64,000 nucleotides of DNA from the human T2T-CHM13v2.0 reference genome, Homo sapiens. Positions 1-14,424 of this stretch are shown one piece after another. Below the pieces are notes generated by a model. The model was not told the origin of the DNA. It saw only the letters and a list, made by a program, of their open reading frames with translations, and ran no database searches. The number at the start of each line of letters is the position of its first letter. Positions within the stretch are counted from its first letter, which is position 1. The stretch lies in the NCBI RefSeq assembly GCF_009914755.1, contig NC_060946.1. One strand, given 5' to 3'. The position numbers were made by a program, and so were the translations under genes.

Positions 1-1495
1 TGGTATGGAGTGGAGGGCAGTGGAATGGAGTGGAATGGAATGGAATGGAGTAGAGTGGAGTTGAGAGGAATGGATTGGAACTGAATAGAATGGAATGGAA
101 TGGAGTGGAGTGAAGCGGCATGGAGTGGAATGGGGTGGAGTGGAGTAGAATGGGGTGGAGTTGAGTGGAATGGAGTGGAGTGGAGTGTAATGGAGGGGAG
201 TGGAATGGAATGGAATGGAGTGGAGTGGAGTGGAATGGAGTGAAGTGCAATGGAATGGAATGGAGTGGAGTGGAGTGGAGTGGAATGGAATGAAGTGGAG
301 TGGAGTGGAGTGCAGTGGATTGGAGTGGAGTGGAGTGGAATGGATTGGAGTGGAGTGGAGTGGAATGAGTGGAATGGAATGGAATGGAATGGAATGAAAT
401 GGAATTTAATGGAATGGAATAGAATGGAATGGAGTGAAATGGAGTGGAATGGAGTGGAATGGAATGGAATGGAATGGAGTGGAATGGAATGGAATGGAGT
501 GGAGTGGAATGGAACGGAAGGTAGTGGTGTGAAATGGAAATGAGTTGAGTGTAATGGATTGGAGTGGAATGGAGTGGAGTGGAATGGAGTGGAATTTTGT
601 GGAGTGGGGTGAAATGGAATGGAATGGAGTGGTGTGCAATGGAGTTGAATGTTGTGGAGTGGTGTGAAATGGAATGGACTGGAGTGGAATGGAATGGAGT
701 GGAATGGAATGGAGTGTGGTGGAATGGTTTGCAGTGGAATGGAATTGAATGGAATGGAGTGGAATGCAGTGGAGTGTAATGGAATGGAATGGAGTCTAGT
801 GGAATGGTTTGGAGTGGAATGGACTGGAATGGAATGGAATGGAGTGGAATGGAGTGAAGTGGAGCAGAGCAGAGTGGAGCAGATTGGAATGGAATGGAAT
901 AGAATGGAATGGAATCGAATGGAGTGGAGTGGAGCAGAGTGGAGCAGAGTGGATCGGAATGGAATGGAATGGAATGGAATGGAGTGGAGTGGATTGGAAT
1001 GGAACGGAATGGAGTGGAGTGGAATGGAATGGAACGGAATGGAGTGGAGTGGAATGGAATGGAACGGAATGGAGTGGAGTGGAATGGAATGGAACGGAAT
1101 GGAGTGGAGTGGAATGGAATGGAACGGAATGGAGTGGAGTGGAATGGAATGGAACGGAATGGAGTGGAGTGGAATGGAATGGAACGGAATGGAGTGGAGT
1201 GGAATGGAATGGAACGGAATGGAGTGGAGTGGAATGGAATGGAACGGAATGGAGTGGAGTGGAATGGAATGGAACGGAATGGAGTGGAGTGGAATGGAAT
1301 GGAATGGAATGGAATGGAATGGAGTGTAATGGAGTGAAGCGGAGCAGAGCAGAGTGGAGAAGAGTGGAATGGCATGGAATAGAATGGACTGGAGTTGAGT
1401 CGAATGGAATGGAGTGTAGTGGAATGGAGTGTAGTGGAATTGAATGGAGTGGAATGGGATGGGTTGCAGTGGAATGGAACGGAATGGAATGGAAT
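1..1495 (+). repeat. Diverged HSat3-like (GGAAT/GGAGT)n pentamer satellite
   Basis: Continuous GGAAT/GGAGT pentamers with scattered variants. The MEWNG/VEWSG ORFs are translations of this repeat. Confidence 0.95.
991..1290 (+). repeat. Homogeneous 30-bp tandem array (GGAATGGAATGGAACGGAATGGAGTGGAGT) x10 inside HSat3
   Basis: Nine identical units at 1021-1290 plus one unit with a single mismatch at 991-1020. Confidence 0.95.
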
Positions 1496-1570
1496 GAAGA
1501 ATTTTCTCAGAATTCTTCTATTTTTTATATGAAGATATTTCCTTTTCCACCATACACGTCAACTCCCATA
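1496..1570 (-). repeat. Alpha-satellite fragment (~75 bp), inverted relative to the main array
   Basis: gaagaattttctcagaattcttct..tgaagatatttccttttccaccata is the reverse complement of the tatggtggaaaaggaaatatcttca..agaagcattctgagaaacttc motif seen throughout 50-64 kb. Confidence 0.85.
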
Positions 1571-1654
1571 GGGATGTTGTATAAGACTCCAAGCCTTATG
1601 TCAGTGATCTCAACCCTGTGGATCAGCACTCTCCATGAAATGGGAGATTTTAAC

Positions 1655-2058
1655 ACATTTTCTGCTGCTATAACAGAATATCATATACTAGGGAATCTAT
1701 AAAGAAAATAAATTTATTTCTTAGAGTTCTGGAGGCTAGGAAGTCCAAGGATTAGGGTGTCTGCATCTGGTGAGGTCCTTCTTGCTGTGTCATCTCATGG
1801 CTGAAGGCAGCAGAGTAAGACTTTGAGAAAGAAAGAGAGCAAAAGCGGCTGAACTTGCTTTTAATACAAGCGCACTCCCAAGATAACTAACCCACCCCCC
1901 AGATAACTAACCTATTCCTGAGATAGTGACATTTATCCATTCATGTTGGCAGAATCTCATAACCCAGTCACTCTTATTAGGCCCCACCTCTGAACACTGT
2001 CACACAGAGGATTAAGTTTCCAACACTTGAGCTCCGGGGGACACATGCAGACTATACA
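1655..2058 (-). mobile_element. ERVL-MaLR LTR (MSTC/MSTD/MLT1A-like)
   Basis: MaLR motifs ctgctataacagaata..agttctggaggctaggaagtccaag..ggccccacctct..ggattaagtttccaaca. Confidence 0.75.
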
Positions 2059-2284
2059 TTGGGGATTGATGGGTATATGGGAGGGACCAGTCCTGAATAT
2101 TTTGGCTGAGAGTTGTGTTTGGGAGCTGAAGCCATGCTCCATCATGGCAGGGAACACATAGACCTTTGAATGCTCTGAGGAATGAATATTGAACAGTGTA
2201 ACTCATGGCAGAAAGTGGAATATTTAAAAGGCAGAACTGGCTGTGTCAACTAAAAGAATGAACAGCCTGTAGCCTGTGGCTGGC

Positions 2285-2648
2285 TCCTCTTCGCTTCCCA
2301 TCCCCACCTTTCACCTTTCTCTCTTTCTTTCTTTTCCTCCCTCTCTCTCTCCCTTCCTTACCTCCCTCTTTCCTTCCTTTCTTCCGTCCTTCCTCTACCT
2401 TCTTCCTTCTCTCCCTCCCTGCTTCCTTGTTTCTTTCCTTCTTTCTCTTTCCCTCTTTCTCTCCCTCCTTTCTTCCTTCTTTTTCTCTCTCATTTCCTTC
2501 TCTCTTTCTCTCTCTCTCCATCTTTCTCTCCCTCCATCCTTCCTTCTCTCATTCTTTCCTTCCTTCTCTCTTTCCTTCTTTGTCCCCTTCCTTCCTTCCT
2601 TCCTTTCTTCCTCCCTCCTTCCTGCCTTCCTTTCTTCTCTCTTTCTTT
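2285..2648. repeat. Polypyrimidine/polypurine low-complexity tract (CT/CCTT/CTTT)
   Basis: About 360 bp of almost only C and T on the + strand. Confidence 0.95.
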
Positions 2649-2709
2649 GACTGATGTGTTCTGAGCCCAAGCACCCTGTGGGGTACTAAGTGGTACCAAA
2701 ATTAACTCA

Positions 2710-2850
2710 AGAATCAAGAAGAAATAGAAAACCTAAGAAGTACTATAACATGAAGAACATAAAAATCTCTAGTAAAATAAAATATTTCACAAAGGAAAGA
2801 CTAGGCCCAGATGGTTGTATGAGCAAATTTTACAGACTTTCAAAGAATGG
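2710..2850 (+). mobile_element. Old L1M ORF2 fragment
   Basis: aagaagaaatagaaaacct..ggcccagatggtt..aattttac..ctttcaaagaa matches the L1 ORF2 region around the GPDGF motif. Confidence 0.55.
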
Positions 2851-3109
2851 ATCATTCTAATTATGTCCCAAACAACTGTAGCTAGGAATATTAACGCTTG
2901 ATTTTTCAAGAGCTTCATTTCCTAAAATCTGTAGGTTGGGAGGTAGATTGGCATGTGTTGGAAATCCTCAAATGTGCAGTTCCTTGAAGTTTTAGCATTA
3001 AAAAAGAAAGGCCTTGCCTGCATTAACTTTGAATTTTGTAACAGTTACCAGTTAATAGAGATACTGTATGCATTTATATACACTCTGATTTTATAGGAAT
3101 GGAGATATA

Positions 3110-3540
3110 TCAGACACATGACTCTGCACCCAGGTTTTTTCCTTTGTAACATATCTTGGACATCATTTTTGAGCATCCTTTTAAAATTTAATTTTTTAAA
3201 TAGCTGCATAGTAGTCTATCATATGAATAACCATAATTACAATAAACAGTAAGGTGATAATCATTAATGTGATTGATAAACATTAAGGTGATTTCTATAC
3301 TTTTGTCAATTAAAAAGCTGGTATAATACTTTCTCCCATTCATACATAATTCCAGGCATCATGAGGATGTCTGTAGGGTAAATTTCTGGAAATGAAATTG
3401 CTGAATCAGAGAGTATTTCTATTTATAATTTTAGTATATATTGTTTAATCACAATTGATATAGTTTGTACTAATTTATAATCCCAGTAACAAGATGTAAG
3501 TACCACTTCAAACTCCACAACTTCACTGGCAGTGCTTCAA
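3110..3540 (-). mobile_element. Degenerate old L1 (L1ME-like) 3' fragment
   Basis: Motifs ttttaaatagctgcatagtagtc..., aatgaaattgctgaatcagag and gtactaatttataatccca. Confidence 0.5.
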
Positions 3541-3761
3541 GTCATGATGCATATTGCCAGCCTCCCTTCAAGTAAAGTTCTATTAACTCTACAAAAACTT
3601 TATAAATGGCAGACGTTACATTTCCAGATAGCTTTGTGGTAACCAAAAAAGAATTGATTTATTAGCAATTTGTATATCACATTGAGACAAAATATATTTG
3701 TGGTAAATATTATTGTTACGTATTTAAAACATCTCATGTATTAAGAAATCATACTTTAGAT

Positions 3762-8285
<4,524 letters not shown>

Positions 8286-9411
8286 ACTTTACATAAATGC
8301 ATAAAGTCTAGAACAGCTAATATATTATAATGAAATGTCAACTATAATCCCAGCTCAAAGAGAACACCATAAAATTATGAAGAGCTCTCCACAAATCTCT
8401 AAATTTATGTCCTCATAAGATTACATTTCTATTTCTTCTTGAATAATTTCCTCATTTTAGCTATGATTTATTGATAGTAAGATGGTAATTATGAGGAGAA
8501 AATTCTCCCAACACTCCATTTCACCACACACTGCCTCATTTCACCACACACCTGAGTCTTATGCAGTCACTTCTAATGTAGCTGAATAATAGATCCTCAC
8601 TCAGCTGAGTCTATGAGTTGAATCCATGTATGTGAGATAAGGCCCCCAAGGAGAGGTAATAAGCTGGGAATGCCATCAGCTCATCCTTCTTCAGGCCTAT
8701 ATTTGTCATTGTCACTTGTAGAAGCAGGACAGCCCTGGCATTGGGATTGGTAGTAACAGAGAGTATCAAAGGGAAAACTGAACTTCCCTAATTTTTGGAA
8801 AACAGCAGATTAGAAACAGATGGGCTCCAACGTTTTCCATGTGTGAGGTCATTGTCCCAGGTAGCCTTGCTCAGGACATTTTTTGTTAGCAAAACAGAAG
8901 TCAAACGATTTTTCTAACTTCCAGGAGAATAAAACATAATGGTCAGATTTTCTCATGGATTCCCACAAGTTCAAGAAACTTTCATGGCCTTATTTAACTG
9001 CTTAAGCATTTCAACTAAAAAATTATTTGTCTTACAAATACAAAGGAATCCGTTTGGAAAAATTTTAACCAGAAAAAGTTGGAATTCTAAAGTAAAAAAT
9101 GCATAAGGCCATAAAAATTTTTTATATCTTTTAATTTATATGTCAACTGGGGAAAAAAAACCATTCCCTGAAGTTTCCTTTTATATCATTAAAGACTTAT
9201 TCTTTATTACCAGCAATACAGGGCGACTTATTCAGGTTGAATCTTGAAAGTAAACTTTAACTTGATTTTAAGTTTTGGCTAATTTTTAAGCATTTCTCAG
9301 TCACCTACCATGATTTCATCTCAGAAACCAAAATCTCAATTTCATTTAGACTTTTGAAATATTAAAATAGAGGTTTAAATGCTTCAAAATAATATTCATG
9401 TAGAGACTTAC

Positions 9412-9485
9412 ATACGTGGACCAGGAATCTCCATGTATTACAAACTTTATGAGAACATAACAAATATTGATACACACATTTAATT
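9412..9485 (-). other. Candidate 74-nt exon of unknown origin
   Basis: Minus strand reads tttttatttcAG|AATTAAATG...CCACGTAT|GTAAGT, a consensus acceptor and donor in non-repeat sequence. Confidence 0.35.
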
Positions 9486-9539
9486 CTGAAATAAAAACTT
9501 ACAACAAATAAAACTATCAAATCAAGAAAATTGTGTAGG

Positions 9540-11475
9540 TTACACAATTTATGTCTAAAAATATAAGTATGAAACACTCTAGGATGGATAAAAGAAGAAA
9601 TCACAAGAGAAAATAGAAAATATCTAGAGACAAATTAAAAACATGAAATATCAAAAGTTAAGAGATACATCAAAAACGGTACCATAAGGGAAAAATTTAT
9701 AGCTATAAATGATTATAAAAAATAAGATACCGAATCAACAACTTTACTCCTAAGGAACTAAAAACAGAGAGAAAAAGAGGGACTATTAAAGAGGGAAAAC
9801 TAAAAGCTAGCAAAATTTAAAGAAAAAGATAAAGATAGCAGTGGAAATAAGTGAAATAGAGAACAGAAAAACAATATCAAAAATCAACACAACCTAGTTT
9901 GTTCTCTGAAAAAGATCAAAACTGACAAAATTTTATCTAGATTGACTAAGAAAGAAAGGGAATATTCAAATAACTAAACTCAAAAATAAAATGGGTACAT
10001 TAATAACAAATTTTTGGAGTAAAAAAGGGGTGTAGGAGAGTACCATAAGGAACTATACACTAAAAAATTGAATAGCCTAAATAAAATGAACAAATTCCTA
10101 GAAACAAAAAACCTACTAAGACTGAATCAGAAAAGTTGAATAAACCTACTCAGCAGGAGATTCAACAGGCAGATTGCATCAGTAATCAAAAACCTAGCAA
10201 CAAAGAAAAGCCTGGACCAGATGGCTTCACTGTTGAATTCTACCCAATGTTTAAAGCAGAATTAACACTGCTTTTTCTCATACTTTTTCAAAACGTTGAA
10301 GAAGAGGTAATTTTTTCTAACTTATTCTATGAGGCCAGTGTTACCCTGACACCAAGCCAGACAAAGGTACTATAAGAAAACTACAAACAAACATCCCTTA
10401 TAAATGCTGATGCAAAAATCCTCAACAAAATACCAGCAACTCAAACTTAGCAGTACATTAAAAGGATTATACACTATGAATGAGTATAATTGACTCCTGA
10501 AATGAAAGTCTGTTCCAACACATGAAAATCAGCATAATATCACATTAACATAGGGAAAAAACCCTCATGTGATCATCTTAAGCAAAGAACAAAAAGCATT
10601 TGTCAAAATTTAACCCACTTTCATGATAAAATGTACTTAATAAACTATAAAAAGAAAGAAAACAACTTAAAATAATGCTATACAAAAAACAAAACAAAAC
10701 AAAAAATCACAGCTAACATGGTGAAAGACTGAAAGCTTTTACCCTAAGAGCAAAAACAAGCATGCCTGCTTTTACTACTTCTATTTAATATCTGTTTGCA
10801 GATGACATAACCTTATATATTAAAAATCTTTTAGTTTCTGTGAAATAAACTGTCAGATGCAATAAATAAAATTTATCAAATCTGCAGGATACAAAATAAT
10901 ACACAAAAATCAGTTGTATTTCTACAATAACAATAAACTATCTGAAGAAGAAATCAAGACAACAGTATCATGTATGATAGCATCAAAAGAATAAAATACT
11001 TAGAAACCCACTTAACCAAGGAAATGAAAAACCTGTACAGCAAAAACTAGAAACATGGCATGAAAGTATTAAAGATGACACAAATAAATGAAAAGACATC
11101 ATGTGTTTATGGAATGGAAGACAAAACCTTGTCAAGGTGCCATTGTTATCTATAGTGATCTACAGATTCAATAAAATCACTATAAAAATTCCAATATTTG
11201 CAAAAATAGAAAAACCTATTCTAAAATTCAGATGAAATCTCAAAAAAACCCCAAGCAGCCAAATCAATCTTAAAATCTAACAAAGTTAGAGGACTAACAT
11301 CTCCTGGTTTCAAACTTCAGTACGCAAAACAATGCTGTACCAGCCTAGAGACAGACACAAAGACCAATGCAATAGAAATAAAGAATCAAAAAATATGGTC
11401 ATGGTTTTTAACAAGGGCATCAACCCTGTTCAATGGGGAAAGACGGTATTTTTTTAAATGGTGTTAAAAACGGAT
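9540..11475 (+). mobile_element. Old L1M (L1MA/MB-like) ORF2 fragment
   Basis: Translates to KPGPDGFTVEFYP..NLFYEASVTL and contains the tttgcagatgacat (FADD) motif. Heavily diverged. Confidence 0.85.
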
Positions 11476-11477
11476 AT

Positions 11478-11880
11478 TTATATCTATCTATATATATATT
11501 TATGTGTATATATATTTGTATGTATGTATATATATTTGTATGTATATATATTTATGTGTATATACGTGTGTATATATGTATATATACATATATACATATA
11601 TACATATATACATATATACATATATACATATGTACATATATACATATATACATATATACATATATATACATAGATACATAGATACATACATATATACATA
11701 TATACATATATACATATATACACATATACATATATACATACATATATACATATATACATATATATACACATATAATACATATACACATATATACATATAT
11801 ACATATGTATACACATATATACATATGTACAAATATATATATACATATATATATACATATATATATACATATATATATAT
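11478..11880. repeat. Compound (TA)n/(TATG)n/(TACA)n microsatellite with internal palindrome
   Basis: A TATG-type left part switches to a TACA-type right part around a perfect 28-bp palindrome at 11569-11596. Confidence 0.95.
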
Positions 11881-11884
11881 CCCA

Positions 11885-11998
11885 AATTAGCTTTTTGTCT
11901 GTCATGTATGTTGCAGATCTATTTCCCCAGTCTGTTGACTTTTGACTTTGAGGCATTTTTCTCTCATACAAAATTTTAATTTTTATGGAGTCAAATAT
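11885..11998 (-). mobile_element. Short old L1 fragment
   Basis: ctttttgtctgtcatgtatgttgca..ttccccagtctgt..aaattttaatttttatggagtcaaat resembles the antisense C-terminal region of L1 ORF2. Confidence 0.6.
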
Positions 11999-12001
11999 AA
12001 C

Positions 12002-12058
12002 CTTGGCGCTGATCTGGTTCCCACACTGCCCGGCCTGCATGAGCATGATTTCCCTCAT
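12002..12058 (-). pseudogene. TUBB8P: Orphan beta-tubulin exon 1 (TUBB8/TUBB4Q family), unprocessed and truncated in intron 1
   Basis: 57 nt encoding MREIMLMQAGQCGNQISAK, compared with beta-tubulin MREIVxxQxGQCGNQIGAK. It ends exactly at the canonical exon-1 boundary and is followed by GT. The leader ctaatcccgcctcgaccATG is TUBB8-like by recall. Confidence 0.88.
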
Positions 12059-12190
12059 GGTCGAGGCGGGATTAGAGCGGCAGGAGAAATGCGAGAAGGA
12101 GAAGACGTGTAGCTACCCAGCCCGCCCTCCACCAATGCTGAAATAGCCCCGCGCCCACCTCACTCAGCCTCGGATTGGGCTCCCAGAATA
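12059..12190 (-). promoter_or_regulatory. Tubulin 5'UTR and core promoter remnant
   Basis: GC-rich. On the minus strand: CCAAT (~12173-12177), GC boxes (gggcgcgggg, gggcggg) and a degenerate TATA-like ctatttcag. Confidence 0.6.
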
Positions 12191-13780
12191 AGCAACAGCT
12201 TTACTTTCACACAGGTATACCCACCTGTGAATCCCTTGGCGTTGAACGTCTGTTGGAGAGCTCCTGTGTCCTTGCTGTGGTCCTTTTCACGTTGGGGAAA
12301 GCTGGTCAGCTGGAGAAATTCCTCCCACATCTTTAGTAAAACTAAATCCCTAGCTGAGGTGAAACTGAATTTTCCTCCCATGTGGGAGGGGAAGACTCTT
12401 GTTTCCATATACACAGAGTGCCTTTGCACCTGTCCTAGATTGATGACATATTTTTGTAATTGATGAGTCTTTTCATCTATTAGGAGATCTGTGCTTAGGA
12501 AAGGTCTTCCGAATTTTAACTCAACAGGATTTAATTATAAGTTTTACTTTGGAGCAGTTCAAACCCACAGTAAGCTATGGTTGTTAGAGATAGGTGTCTG
12601 ATTTAGCCAGAGTCTTCTTTAGGGTAGGATTAGCCCTTCCACTTTTCCATAGGACTGTGGTCTGCACACAGAGTGAAGGTAATATTGGATTCTTAAAGCT
12701 GAGGATAGGTGTTGGGATACACCTGCTGTGAAAGACGAGCCATTGCCACTATTCAGGCTTTTAGATTACCCAAACTGAGGAGTTATTTCTTCTGGTAAAA
12801 ATTTTTCAGATGGGGTGGGGAATGCCTCGATCTAACCAGTGAATGTATCAGTAAGCATTAGCAAATATTTGAATCTCCTGCAGAAAGGTATCTGAGTAAA
12901 TTAGAGTTGCCAGTTCTCACCTGGATAGTTTCCTCAATTTTGGACAGGTTTACCTGGAGAAGGAGAAAATTGCTGGCCGTTTGGGTCATGTCAGGCACAG
13001 AGCTCACAGGGCTGAGTCACCTGTTTTGGTGTCTTGAAAAGATTTACCCCTATAAACAAATGAGACATTAAGAGAAACCAAGAATCCCTTCTAGGGTGAA
13101 AAGAATCATGAAAGTGCTGAATTATATTCCTATGATTGGTACTTGGCATTAGTAATTTATTACCATCATTCAGCCAGCCAGAGGGACCCTGGACTGAAAT
13201 GCAATCCCTGGCCCATTTTTGTTCTTCTTCAGAGTGTTCTGGCCCAGTTCTATGTATGCTGACCAGCACTCCCATAAGCTTCATTGGTCCTTTCAGTGCA
13301 GGGGCCTTGGCAGCGGCATCTACAAGGGAATTTCCATTTACATGGTCAGTCTCTCTTTTGATGTCCTCTGCAATTAATTGTAGACACTTTTTGGCAGCAA
13401 AGCAGCATTCTAACAAGCTCAAAATCTGAATGATGTTGTAGGGAAAAGCCCTTGGGGGTCAGGAGTCCCTACCAATTCCAAATTGCAGCATAAGCATGAA
13501 GCACTAAAAACTAATACTTGGAATCAGTGTAAATGTTAACTTTTAAATCTTTCCCAACTGCAGGGGCTGAGCAAGTTCAATTAACTCAGCTTTTTGAGCT
13601 AAGGTTGAGGCCAGCAAGATTGTGCCTTGATTCTCTTGTGCTGACTACTAATAGCATATCTACTCCTGTTTTCCTGATGCATAAAACAACTTACATCTGT
13701 TAACAACTCTCCCTTGGGATGGTCAAGGGGCTCATCGCTCTTAAGTCTGGCCTCCTAGAATCAGTTTATTTCATAACCTG

Positions 13781-14424
13781 TGACATGCTTTGGCTGTGTC
13801 CCCAGTCAAATCTTATCTTGAATTGTAGCTCCCATAATTCCTATATATCGTGGGAGGAACCCAGTGGGAGGTAATCGAATCGGGGGATGGGTCTTTCCCA
13901 TGCTGTTCTCGTGACAGTGAATAAGACTCATGAGATCTGATGGTTTATTTATTTTTGAGACATAGTTTTGCTCTGTTGCTCAGGCTGGAGTGCATTATCA
14001 TGACCTTGGCTCACTGCAACCTCTGACTCCTGGGTTCAAGTGATTCTCCCATCTCAGCTTCCCGAGTAGCTGGGATTACAAGTGCCTACCACCATGCCTG
14101 TCTAATTTTTGTACCTTTACTATAGACTGGGTTTCACCATGTTGGCCAGGCTGGCCTCGATCTCCTCACTTCAGCTCATCCACTGCCTTGGCCTTCCAAA
14201 GTGCTAGGATTACAGCTGATGGCTTTATAAAGGGGAGTTTCCCTACACAAGCCCTTTTGCCTGCTGCCATGTAAGAGATGAGACTTTGCTGCTCATTTGC
14301 CTTCTGCCATGAGTGTGAGGCCTCCCCGACCATGTGGAACAGTGAGTCAATTAAACCTCTTTTCTTTATAAATTACCCAGCCTCAGATAAGTCTTTAATA
14401 GCAGCATGAGAACAGACTAATACA
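13781..14424 (+). mobile_element. THE1C/D solo LTR inserted in ERV pol
   Basis: Runs tgacatgctttggctgtgtcccc...gactaataca, with 5-bp TSD ACCTG at 13776-13780 and 14425-14429. Confidence 0.92.
13947..14215 (-). mobile_element. AluS, slightly 5'-truncated, inside THE1 LTR
   Basis: Antisense Alu body with TSD ctgatgg(c)ttt on both sides. Confidence 0.9.

Noticed and set aside
200-1702. Long ORFs up to 297 aa (MEWNG repeats)
   Set aside because: They are translations of a pentamer satellite that has few stop codons, with no sign of coding function.
2246-2717. E/R/K-rich and S/L/F/P-rich ORFs
   Set aside because: By-products of the polypurine/polypyrimidine tract.
3744-3761. TSD for the L1 at 3762-8285 (aagaaatcatacttta vs aagaaaacttta)
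   Set aside because: The match needs a gap and the sequence is AT-rich, so it is not convincing.
11433-11890. Y/I/C/M-rich ORFs on both strands
   Set aside because: Translations of the microsatellite.
13872-13882. DUX4 site in the THE1 LTR
   Set aside because: It reads TAATCGAATCG instead of the THE1 consensus TAATTGAATCA, so it is probably non-functional.
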